DNA from: Kofleriaceae bacterium
GTDB taxonomy: Bacteria; Myxococcota_A; Polyangia; Haliangiales; Haliangiaceae
DNA length: 27,631 bases
Direction of reading: 5' to 3'
Assembly (NCBI GenBank): GCA_965215005.1
Contig: CBDCCZ010000045.1
Location: 1-27,631, forward strand
In this document: piece by piece, positions 9,120 to 18,631 of the stretch
How the letters are laid out: each line of letters starts with the position of its first letter
How positions within the stretch are numbered: the first letter of the stretch is position 1
Notes under the pieces: model-generated
Database searches by the model: none
Told to the model about the DNA's origin: nothing
What the model saw: the letters and a program-made list of their open reading frames with translations, nothing else
Translations under genes and position numbers: made by a program

Positions 9120-9262
9120 CCCTGGTCGCGCGATCGTAGAGGTCTCGCCGCGGACCTGTCAATTCTGCGCGAGTGGGCATCTGCCCGACATTGCTCGGCA
9201 ACGCGGCCACGGCGCCGCCCGTGCCAGAGATTGCCGGCAGAAGTGCTGTAGCTCACTCCTAC

Positions 9263-9292
9263 TTGACCTGCGCGGGCTCTCCTCCTTATAAG
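9263..9292 (+). promoter_or_regulatory. Sigma70-type promoter of ahcY
   Basis: TTGACC (9263-9268), 18-bp spacer, TATAAG (9287-9292). Confidence 0.55.
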
Positions 9293-9329
9293 CGCGGAAC
9301 ACATTTGTATCGAGCGAAGGAGAATGCCC

Positions 9330-10583
9330 GTGAATCATAAGGTTGCTGATATCAAGCTCGCGGACGCTGGCCGCATGCGCATCGATTGGGCCGAGTCGCG
9401 TATGCCCGTTCTCATGGCCCTCCGCGAGAAGGGCAAGAAGGAGCAACCGCTCAAAGGAATGCGGATTGCCGGCTGTCTGCACGTCACCAAGGAAACCGCA
9501 GTGCTGATCAAGACGCTGATCGCTGCTGGCGCCGAGGTGAGCTGGTCGGGTTGCAACCCACTCAGCACCAACGACGAAGTTGCTGCCGCGCTCGCTGCTG
9601 AGGGTATCTCCATCTATGCGTGGCACGGCCTCTCCCATGAAGAGTTCTACTGGTGCATCGACCGGAGTCTGGACTTCAAGCCAACGCTCACTCTGGACGA
9701 CGGCGCTGACTTGATCTTCACGGTGCACTCCAAGTATCAAGAGCTGGCCAAAGACATCATTGGCGGCACCGAAGAGACCACCACCGGCGTGGTGCGGCTC
9801 CGCGCCATGGCCGACGACGGCAAGCTCTCGTATCCGGTCTTCGCGGTCAACGACAGCGAGACCAAGTGGGACTTCGACAACGTCTTTGGCACCGGACAGT
9901 CGTCCATCGATGGTGTGCTGCGCGCAACCAGCATTTTGCTTGCGGGCAAGACGGTGGTGGTGGGCGGCTTCGGTCACTGCGGCCGTGGCGTTGCGTCTCG
10001 TGCGGCAGGCATGGGCGCCAATGTCATCTGCACCGAGATCAAGCCGACTGCGGCGCTCAAGGCGGTGCTCGAAGGTCACCGCGTGATGCCGATGGACGAA
10101 GCCGCCAAGCACGGCGATGTGTTCATCACCGCCACCGGCATGAAAGACATCTTGGTGGGTCGTCACTTCGACGTCATGAAGGACGGTGCCGTCATCTGCA
10201 ATACCGGCCACTACGACTGCGAGATCAACATCGCCGATCTCGAGGAGCGCGCCAAAGGCAAGCGCAGCATTCGCCACTCGAATGAGGAATACACCCTGAA
10301 GGACGGCCGCAAGGTCTATCTGCTCGCCCAGGGCCGGCTGATCAATTTGGCAGCCGCCGAAGGCCATCCGTCCGAGGTCATGGACATGTCATTCGCCAAC
10401 CAATACTTGGCGCTATGCCGATTGGCCAAAGAAGGCAAGAACCTCGAGAACAAGGTGTACACGCTGCCCGCGGAGCAGGACCAAGAGCTTGCGACCATCA
10501 AGCTGCGCACCATGGACTTGGCGATCGATCAGCTCACGGATGAGCAAATCGCCTACGCCAAGGACTACTCGGCCGGTACCTGA
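9330..10583 (+). CDS. ahcY: Adenosylhomocysteinase
   Basis: GCLHVTKET, CNPLST, LDDGADL, EETTTG, FDNVFGTGQS, GFGHCGRG, GHPSEVMDMSF. SD AAGGAG (9317-9322) spacing favours GTG 9330 over ATG 9324. Confidence 0.97.
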   Translation: MNHKVADIKLADAGRMRIDWAESRMPVLMALREKGKKEQPLKGMRIAGCLHVTKETAVLIKTLIAAGAEVSWSGCNPLSTNDEVAAALAAEGISIYAWHGLSHEEFYWCIDRSLDFKPTLTLDDGADLIFTVHSKYQELAKDIIGGTEETTTGVVRLRAMADDGKLSYPVFAVNDSETKWDFDNVFGTGQSSIDGVLRATSILLAGKTVVVGGFGHCGRGVASRAAGMGANVICTEIKPTAALKAVLEGHRVMPMDEAAKHGDVFITATGMKDILVGRHFDVMKDGAVICNTGHYDCEINIADLEERAKGKRSIRHSNEEYTLKDGRKVYLLAQGRLINLAAAEGHPSEVMDMSFANQYLALCRLAKEGKNLENKVYTLPAEQDQELATIKLRTMDLAIDQLTDEQIAYAKDYSAGT

Positions 10584-10598
10584 GCACTCTGTAGCGAA

Positions 10599-10624
10599 TG
10601 GGGCGGCGCTATTGGCGTCGCCTC
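10599..10624 (+). terminator. Stem-loop after ahcY
   Basis: TGGGGCGGCGCT-att-GGCGTCGCCTCA, about 12-bp stem with GU pairs; no U tract. Confidence 0.35.
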
Positions 10625-10720
10625 ACAGGCAGAAGCACTGTGCTCGCGCTCGTCCTTCACTCGAGCTGGTAGCTGCCGAGCGGACCGCGCAAGCGACACA
10701 ACGCGCTCGTAATCAACACC

Positions 10721-11155
10721 GTGTCCACCTCCGACGACGTAGCCGTCAATGAGCGGCTCATCATTCCAGCGGCCGAGCTGCGTGAGTCGTTCGCGCGTTC
10801 GGGAGGGCCCGGTGGACAAAACGTCAACAAGGTCGCTAGCAAAGTCGAGCTGCGCTGGTCCCCGGCGGAGAGCAGCGCGCTTACCGCCGCCGACCGGTCT
10901 TGGCTGCTGGCCAAGCTCCGCAGTCGCCTCACCACCGATGGTGAGCTCGTCATCACCTCCTCACGCACCCGCGATCAGTCGCGCAACCGCGTCGATGCGC
11001 GCGACAAGCTCGCAGCGATCCTCCGCCAAGCGCTGGAACGCCCCAAGGCCCGCCGGCCAACGCGTCCATCGCGCGGGTCGCGCGAACGACGCCTGGCGGG
11101 GAAGAAACGCCGCGCCTCCGTCAAGCAGGCCCGCAAGCTGCCGCCAACGGATTGA
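10721..11155 (+). CDS. arfB: Alternative ribosome rescue peptidyl-tRNA hydrolase ArfB
   Basis: RSGGPGGQNVNKV (GGQ motif), RDQSRNR, basic C-terminal tail RRPTRPSRGSRERRLAGKKRR. Confidence 0.95.
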   Translation: MSTSDDVAVNERLIIPAAELRESFARSGGPGGQNVNKVASKVELRWSPAESSALTAADRSWLLAKLRSRLTTDGELVITSSRTRDQSRNRVDARDKLAAILRQALERPKARRPTRPSRGSRERRLAGKKRRASVKQARKLPPTD

Positions 11156-11172
11156 GGTCGGGCGGGGCGAAT

Positions 11173-11205
11173 CATGACGTCTCATCCGGTTCGATGAGAC
11201 TCGTG
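11173..11205 (+). terminator. Stem-loop after arfB
   Basis: Perfect 8-bp stem GTCTCATC-cggttc-GATGAGAC, extended by CATGA/TCGTG; no U tract. Confidence 0.35.
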
Positions 11206-11279
11206 GAGCCGTGGGTGACGCGCAGCGAAGCCCGGAGCATTGTTTGCCACGGGTAGCGAAGTGTGAGACGGTTGCCTAC

Positions 11280-11648
11280 ATGGGGACCATTGAACGACGG
11301 GAGCGCCGCAGTGCCGACTCTATGCTCGCGCTGCGGTATCAGCTGGAGGCGAGCGCGCGAGGGGCACTAGAGGCGCTGGTTTTATCCGACGATATCGGCT
11401 TGTGCGTCGCGGCCACAGGGGCGGTGCCGCATGAGGAGATTGCCGCGCATACCGCGATGCTCGGCCGTCGGGTCGAGAGCTACGAGGGAATGCTGCGCAG
11501 CGAGACGTCGCACTGGAACGTGCGCATTCGCCGTTTTCACGCCGAGGGCGCGGCCCTCTACCTCTGCGCCGTGGGCGGCGGCGGGCAAGCGCGCGCCGAT
11601 GCTTTGCATCACTCCATCGGCGGCGTCGCACGCATCCTTGGGAGCTGA
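11280..11648 (+). CDS. Hypothetical protein, probable Roadblock/LAMTOR2-like fold
   Basis: 122 aa. Helix, then LEALVLSDDIGLCVAA hairpin, helix, beta strands, and C-terminal helix ending VARIL; pattern typical of Roadblock/profilin-like proteins. Confidence 0.55.
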   Translation: MGTIERRERRSADSMLALRYQLEASARGALEALVLSDDIGLCVAATGAVPHEEIAAHTAMLGRRVESYEGMLRSETSHWNVRIRRFHAEGAALYLCAVGGGGQARADALHHSIGGVARILGS

Positions 11649-11650
11649 CA

Positions 11651-11971
11651 GTGGGGCGAATCGTCATCGCCGCGTATCGTCCGCACCCGGGCAAAGAGGC
11701 GGCGTTGCTCCAGGAGGTGAAGGAGCACTTGCCGACGCTGCGGCGCTGCGCGTTGGTGACCGACCGCCCGGCCGTGGTGATGCGCGCTGCCGATGGCACC
11801 CTCGTCGAGGTGTTCGAGTGGACCTCGCGCGAAGCGATCGAGAAGGCGCACGAGGAGCCGTTGGTGCAAGAGATGTGGGCGCGCTTCGCCAGCTGCTGCG
11901 ACTACATCACCCTCGCCAGCCTTGCAGAGTCAAAGGAGCTGTTTGCGGAGCTCGCTCCGGTAGAGCTCTAG
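11651..11971 (+). CDS. ABM-like dimeric alpha/beta barrel protein
   Basis: IAAYRPHPGKEAAL start and VEVFEWTSREAIEKAH motif; 2 bp after the upstream gene. Confidence 0.65.
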   Translation: MGRIVIAAYRPHPGKEAALLQEVKEHLPTLRRCALVTDRPAVVMRAADGTLVEVFEWTSREAIEKAHEEPLVQEMWARFASCCDYITLASLAESKELFAELAPVEL

Positions 11972-12087
11972 CTACGCCGCCGCGGGAGTCATGGCGCGGT
12001 TGTGGCTGCGCGAGCGAGTACGGGCTGCCGTGTCGATGGACGATGTTGGCTGAGCAGGCGAGCTGGGCGCGGTGTATCTTCACGACT

Positions 12088-12576
12088 ATGTCCGCTACAT
12101 CTGCAATGAGTCGGCCGTCTCTGGGGTTTCTCGTCGTACTTCTCGGTGCTGTCATCGCGGGTTGCTCGAGTGGCTCGAGCGATGCGCCGGTGGTGGTGCC
12201 GGCCGATGACGCCGCACAGCTCTTGACCGACCGCAACTGGATGGACGCGTGGCCGCACGACAAGGGTGAGCGGCTGCACGTGTTTCGCTTTACGCCGTCG
12301 ATGGGTGGCGGCGTTTATCAAGATCGCACCCTCTATAAAGGCACGTTCGAGCTCTTTGTCTATCGCGTGCAGCGCGACGCGATTCTGTTCACGCTGCCCG
12401 AAACCGAGGAGCAGGTGCGAGCGAAGTTTCGTATCGAGCGAGTCAAAGGCCCACGTCCCTTCGATTTGCGACTCACGCTCGAAAACAGCCCACGCGGCCC
12501 GTCGGTCTACTACGGGCGCGAGGCCGAGACCGCTGGCAGTGCGCTCGAGCTGAACCTGCCGTCCGAGGCGCCGTAA
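12088..12576 (+). CDS. Hypothetical lipoprotein
   Basis: Lipobox VIAGC followed by a Ser-rich linker and a beta-rich domain. Real coding portion of ORF 11431-12576; start 12088 or 12106. Confidence 0.7.
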   Translation: MSATSAMSRPSLGFLVVLLGAVIAGCSSGSSDAPVVVPADDAAQLLTDRNWMDAWPHDKGERLHVFRFTPSMGGGVYQDRTLYKGTFELFVYRVQRDAILFTLPETEEQVRAKFRIERVKGPRPFDLRLTLENSPRGPSVYYGREAETAGSALELNLPSEAP

Positions 12577-12654
12577 CAGCGCTGCGGCACGTGCTCCAAT
12601 GCCACGGCGCGAGCTCGGTGGCGTGACTTCGCGCCGCCCGAAGACACCCGAAAC

Positions 12655-12695
12655 GCCCGAAACGAACAACGCCGGCTCCTCGATGAAGCCGGCGT
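12655..12695 (-). terminator. Probable intrinsic terminator of metK
   Basis: 9-bp stem ACGCCGGCT/AGCCGGCGT (12669-12695), followed on the minus strand by TGTTCGTTT. Confidence 0.55.
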
Positions 12696-12713
12696 CGATT
12701 CAGCAAACTGAGA

Positions 12714-13976
<1,263 letters not shown>

Positions 13977-14019
13977 GTGGCGCTCCGGTTCGGGATTTTC
14001 GCAGCGTAAGAGGGGGTCG

Positions 14020-14047
14020 ACTATATCGAGCGCGCCGATCCTGTCAA
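14020..14047 (-). promoter_or_regulatory. Near-consensus sigma70 promoter of metK
   Basis: TTGACA (14047-14042), 16-bp spacer, TATAGT (14025-14020). Confidence 0.7.
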
Positions 14048-14127
14048 CGATTCACTCCATAGGCGAGCGATAGGGGAGGCGACGGTGGGCAAGCCCTGGC
14101 CGACTCGTCCGTAGTATCGTGCTGCGA

Positions 14128-14802
14128 ATGCGACCGCTGGCGATTTCCTTCGGTTGGCGCGCTGGTGCCTGTATCGGCGCGGCTATCGTCCTCGGCGCAG
14201 CGCTCATCGGCTGCGGTGGTGCACCTGCGCAGCCGCCGCGTGCCGTCATCGAGAACGATATCGACGGCTGGAGCTTCCATCGCTTTCAAGAGCTGCTGGA
14301 CGTGGAAGTGTGGGTCGCAGACAACGCCGCCGTGGGTTACACCGCCAGTTACGTGCCTCGCGCCGCCGACAAGGCTGGACGCATTGAGCGCGGCGAGGTG
14401 GTGCACGCATTCGTGACCCGCTACGAGCGCGATGACGGCGTATATCGCGCGCTGGTGCAGTTCGTCCGCCGACTCGCGCAAGACAGCGGCTATTCGGTCC
14501 AGGAGCAACGTCTCGCCGATCAGCTCGTGCTCGTGGTTTCAGGACGAGGCGAGCTCTGGGCGCTCTGGGCTGCGAAACGTCACGTGGTAAAGATCGGTGG
14601 CCGCGACGTCGCCGACGTGCCCAAAGCCCTCGTCGAGGCGTACGGCGAGCGATATCCCTCGCGGGTCATCGCTGGCGCTCTCGAGGGGCCACTGCCGCCG
14701 GGGAGCGAACCTGGCGACGAAGAGGCGCCCACTGAATCCACTCCTGGCGAGCCCGATTGGGATCGCTACGATCCTGCGACTGAGCTACCGAATACCAACT
14801 GA
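14128..14802 (+). CDS. Hypothetical lipoprotein
   Basis: Lipobox LIGC; alpha/beta body; acidic Pro-rich tail; 14 bp upstream of hisD. Confidence 0.7.
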   Translation: MRPLAISFGWRAGACIGAAIVLGAALIGCGGAPAQPPRAVIENDIDGWSFHRFQELLDVEVWVADNAAVGYTASYVPRAADKAGRIERGEVVHAFVTRYERDDGVYRALVQFVRRLAQDSGYSVQEQRLADQLVLVVSGRGELWALWAAKRHVVKIGGRDVADVPKALVEAYGERYPSRVIAGALEGPLPPGSEPGDEEAPTESTPGEPDWDRYDPATELPNTN

Positions 14803-14816
14803 CTACGAGAGCTGCC

Positions 14817-16091
14817 GTGCAAACTTTCCGCTTCACCAACCCCGCTGATCGCGACGCAATCGCGAACATCTTGGATCGATCCACCACCACCGCGCCCGAG
14901 GTCGAGGAGACCGTTGCGACCATCCTCGCTGCCGTTAAGCGCCGCGGTGACGCGGCGGTTGCCGAATACACGCAAAAATTCGAAGGCCGTGCGCCAGCGG
15001 CCGGTGGCTATGAGATACCGCGCGCGCGCTGGGCGCAGCAGGCGGCCAGCATCAACCACGACGTGCGCGCCGCGCTCGAGCTGGCGGCAGCGCGCATCCG
15101 CGCGTTTCACGAGCTGCAGCGCGAAGACGACGTGGTGAGTGAGGGCGACGGCATGCGGCTCGAGCTGCGCGTCCGTGCGATGCGCCGCGCCGGCATCTAC
15201 GTGCCTGGCGGCACGGCGCTGTATCCGTCGTCGGTGCTGATGACGGCGATTCCCGCGCGCGTCGCCGGGGTCGAGGAAATCATCATGGTGACGCCCGGCG
15301 CATCGGCCGAGACTTTGGCCGCCGCCAAGCTCGCCGGTGTCGACCGCGTGTTCGAGATCGGCGGTGCACAAGCGGTGGCGGCCCTCGCGTACGGCACCGA
15401 TACGGTTCCGCGCGTCGACATTATCGTTGGGCCCGGCAATCAATACGTGGCGGTCGCCAAACGAATGGTGTTTGGAGAGGTCGCTATCGACTCCGTGGCT
15501 GGTCCCTCCGAAGTGATGATCATCGCCGACGAGTCCGCCGAGCCCGCGTGGATCGCCGCGGATCTGCTGGCGCAAGCCGAGCACGACGTGGTGGCGCGCG
15601 CCATCTTGGTGACCACCAGCGAAGCACTGGTGACGCGGGTGGAGTCGGCGATCATCTCGCAGCTCGCGGCGCTCGAGCGGCATACCATCGCCGGTCAATC
15701 GCTGCGCGATCATGGCGTTGCGCTGCTCGTTCCGGATCTCGACGCAGCCATCTCCTTCGCCAACGACTACGCTCCTGAGCATCTCGAGCTGCATCTCCCG
15801 AGCCCGCGCACGCTCCTCGATCGCTTTACCAGCGCCGGCGCCATCTTCGTCGGCCCCTACACGCCAGAAGCGGTTGGCGACTACATCGCTGGCCCCAATC
15901 ACGTACTTCCAACCGGCGGCGCCGGGCGCTATGCCTCGCCGCTGGGCGTTCATGATTTTCGCAAGCGCATCTCGGTGCTCGAATACAGCCGCGAAGCGCT
16001 GGCAGCACATCGCGACGCCATTGTGGCCATCGCTCGCACCGAGGGCCTCACGGCGCATGCACGCTCGGCGACGATTCGTTTCGATGACTGA
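14817..16091 (+). CDS. hisD: Histidinol dehydrogenase
   Basis: [45 protein letters not shown]. Confidence 0.98.
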   Translation: MQTFRFTNPADRDAIANILDRSTTTAPEVEETVATILAAVKRRGDAAVAEYTQKFEGRAPAAGGYEIPRARWAQQAASINHDVRAALELAAARIRAFHELQREDDVVSEGDGMRLELRVRAMRRAGIYVPGGTALYPSSVLMTAIPARVAGVEEIIMVTPGASAETLAAAKLAGVDRVFEIGGAQAVAALAYGTDTVPRVDIIVGPGNQYVAVAKRMVFGEVAIDSVAGPSEVMIIADESAEPAWIAADLLAQAEHDVVARAILVTTSEALVTRVESAIISQLAALERHTIAGQSLRDHGVALLVPDLDAAISFANDYAPEHLELHLPSPRTLLDRFTSAGAIFVGPYTPEAVGDYIAGPNHVLPTGGAGRYASPLGVHDFRKRISVLEYSREALAAHRDAIVAIARTEGLTAHARSATIRFDD

Positions 16092-16365
16092 GCTGCACCT
16101 CACACGGACGTGGCGCTAAGGAGGCGCGCAGGAATAAATGGTCAGAAGATCGGCGTCTGTGCGCCGGGCTGGCAAGGCGCTCTGAGGGAGTTGGGTCATC
16201 CCCAACGACCGAAGAGCAACGCCGCCAGCGCGGATGCACAGTCGCCTAGAACGGACCATTCATTTCGGAGCGCCGACTAAGTCGCCTCATCGCGCGGGAC
16301 TGACACGCCGTGAGCACGCCGGGGTGGCCCCGCGGCCGGCACTCGATTTGCTCACTGCGCGGCGC

Positions 16366-17652
16366 GTGCGCTTGAGAATCGCAGACCTCGCCGAACGCGC
16401 GCGAGTGAGCCTGTGGCTGATTCCAATCGTGGGCCTGCTGCTCGCGCTGGTGGCAGCTGTGGTGTCGGTATGGATCGACCTTTCCTACAAGCAGCCGCTC
16501 ATGGGCTGGATCATCACCAACGATCCCGAGTCGGCGCGCTCGGTGCTCAGCGTGGTGGCGACCTCGCTGCTCTCATTCACGGCGTTGGTCTTCACCATCA
16601 CGGTCGTGGTTCTTCAGCTCGCAGCTAGCCAATACTCACCGCGCATCACCCGCGCGTTTTTGCGCGAGCGCCAGACCAAGCTGACGTTGGCGTTGTTCGT
16701 GGGCACCTTTGCGTATTCGCTGCTGGTGCTGCGCTCGGTGCGAAGCTTAGAGCCGGTTTTCGTGCCCACGTTCTCCATCGCGATGACGTACGTGCTGGTG
16801 TTCGCCAGCTTGCTCACGTTCATTCGCTTTCTCGATCACGTCGCGCGGTCCATTCGCGTCAGCGAGATCGTCGGGCGGCTCGCGCGTGAGGGCGTGGCCC
16901 TCTACGAGGCGCTCGATCGATTTGACGGCGCGGGGGTGGATGACGAGGGCGCAGACGAGGTGCTCGAGGCGGTGCAGGGCGATGCGGTGCACTGGCAAGG
17001 TGATGCAGGAGTGTTGTGCCACGTCGCTGAGGATGAGCTGTGTCGCCTGGCGAGCGACGCCCAAACAGTGCTGGTGTTGCGCGCCTCGATTGGCGACTTC
17101 ATTGCGCATCGCACAATCGTGGTCGAGCTGCGTGGCATGGCCGTAGCCATCGATCACGATGCGATCCGGGAGACCTTGTCCATCGGTCCCGCGCGAACGC
17201 CGCAGCAGGATCTGAGTTTGCCGATTCGGCACCTCGTCGATGTCGCGCTGCGCGCCCTGTCGCCGGGCATCAACGATCCCACCACCGCCGTCCAGGCCAT
17301 CGATCACCTTCATGATCTGCTGTGTCGGCTGGCGCGGGTCTCGCTTCCTTCCAACGTCGTCACCGACGCCAGCGGCGTGACCCGCCTCGTCATTCCGCGT
17401 GCCTCTTGGCGATCGATTTTAGCCGTCGCTTTCACTGAGATCCGCCTGGCGGCGAAGAACCAGGTGCAGATCGTTCGCCGCATGCTCGCGCTGTTCGACG
17501 AGTTGCTGTCGCTCACCTACGGCCATCGCCGCGAGCTCGTCGCTGCACATCGGCGCCTCTGGCTCGAGGTCGCCGATGGCTTCGACAGCCCGGCCGACTG
17601 CCTAGCCGCCAGTTGTAGCGACCCCGCAGGCCTCGGCACGCGGATCGGTTGA
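16366..17652 (+). CDS. DUF2254 family membrane protein
   Basis: Four N-terminal TM helices; LQLAASQYSPR, RTPQQD, LVDVALRALSPGINDPTTAVQAIDHL. Start GTG 16366 preferred; the ORF opens at 16234. Confidence 0.85.
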   Translation: MRLRIADLAERARVSLWLIPIVGLLLALVAAVVSVWIDLSYKQPLMGWIITNDPESARSVLSVVATSLLSFTALVFTITVVVLQLAASQYSPRITRAFLRERQTKLTLALFVGTFAYSLLVLRSVRSLEPVFVPTFSIAMTYVLVFASLLTFIRFLDHVARSIRVSEIVGRLAREGVALYEALDRFDGAGVDDEGADEVLEAVQGDAVHWQGDAGVLCHVAEDELCRLASDAQTVLVLRASIGDFIAHRTIVVELRGMAVAIDHDAIRETLSIGPARTPQQDLSLPIRHLVDVALRALSPGINDPTTAVQAIDHLHDLLCRLARVSLPSNVVTDASGVTRLVIPRASWRSILAVAFTEIRLAAKNQVQIVRRMLALFDELLSLTYGHRRELVAAHRRLWLEVADGFDSPADCLAASCSDPAGLGTRIG

Positions 17653-17676
17653 CCGCGGTTTACGAGGTCATCGTCG

Positions 17677-18516
17677 TTACGGCACGATCGCAGTCGAGAC
17701 GATAGAGCGGCGCTGACCGTCAAACTCAATGGCGCGCAGCTGCGTGCCCTGATACGTGGCGGTGACCGTCGTGGTGCCGGTGACGACGTCGGTGATCATG
17801 AAAACGCCATCACTGGCGGTGCCGGTGGCGGTGGGGTCGAGCGTGGTGCCCCGGGTATAGGCGACCTGTCCCGCGGTAGGAGTGGCGGTCACGACCGCAC
17901 CTTCTAGCGGGTTTCCGTCGCAGTCGAGCACCACGCCGGCCACTAACACGTTGTCTTCATCGTGCCTCAGGGCGGTGCCGTTGTTCATCAGGCGAATCTC
18001 GGTTTGGCCCATGCGCAGCATCGTTAGCCCGCCCTGATCCGCGCTAAACGGCACCGCCGAGTAGAAATAGGTCGGGTAATAGGGCCCGCCACCTTCTGCA
18101 AGCAAGTAGCCGTTTATCGCGTTGCCGCCGGTAGCGACGTCGATGCTAAAGCGGCCCTGGGCGTCGGTGGTGCCGCCCATCTGCGAGCTTCCTGCGTCGT
18201 TGGCGAACGAGACGCGCACGTTGGCCACCCCGCGGGTATCGAGCGAGACCGCGGTCCCGCTAAGCTGGATGGTAGCCGGCGCGGTCTGCGGCGGCGCCTT
18301 GCCGGCGCAGGCTAGCGGGCCGGTGGGCTCTCCGTCTCCGTCAGTGGAAGCGTCGGGGCCGGGCTCGCCGCCCTGATCATCCCCCGGATCGCCACCGCCG
18401 CCGCCTGCATCGGCCACGACATCATTGGGCTGGTCTTCGGAGCTGTCGCCACAGCCCGCGCTCGCCAGCGCCAAAGCTGCAATAGAAATGATGATTCTCC
18501 CAAGCGTGCGCTGCAT
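17677..18516 (-). CDS. Lipoprotein with two carboxypeptidase-regulatory-like beta-sandwich domains
   Basis: Lipobox SAGC; acidic Gly linker; repeats LSGTAV..TTDAQGRFSI and VAGVVLDCDGNPLEGAVV..TASDGVFMI. Confidence 0.75.
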   Translation of the reverse strand: MQRTLGRIIISIAALALASAGCGDSSEDQPNDVVADAGGGGGDPGDDQGGEPGPDASTDGDGEPTGPLACAGKAPPQTAPATIQLSGTAVSLDTRGVANVRVSFANDAGSSQMGGTTDAQGRFSIDVATGGNAINGYLLAEGGGPYYPTYFYSAVPFSADQGGLTMLRMGQTEIRLMNNGTALRHDEDNVLVAGVVLDCDGNPLEGAVVTATPTAGQVAYTRGTTLDPTATGTASDGVFMITDVVTGTTTVTATYQGTQLRAIEFDGQRRSIVSTAIVP

Positions 18517-18631
18517 CCGCGCGTCGTAACACTGCACTGACCGGCGCGTCAGTGTTTATTCATTGTCCATTGCTGACTTCTGGCGCCTGCAGTTCGCACT
18601 GCTGCGCCTTCCCCCATGCTGCAGCGCGTCG

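Noticed and set aside
9120..9329. SAH riboswitch upstream of ahcY
   Set aside because: No recognisable conserved core by eye, and a promoter sits ~40 bp from the start. Not tested with a covariance model.
9159..10367. 402-aa minus-strand ORF
   Set aside because: Antisense shadow of ahcY, expected from high-GC codon bias; no recognisable motifs.
11431..12087. 5' part of the 381-aa ORF 11431-12576
   Set aside because: Overlaps two better genes in other frames; only the part from 12088/12106, with its lipobox, looks coding.
14766..16103. 445-aa minus-strand ORF
   Set aside because: Antisense shadow of hisD.
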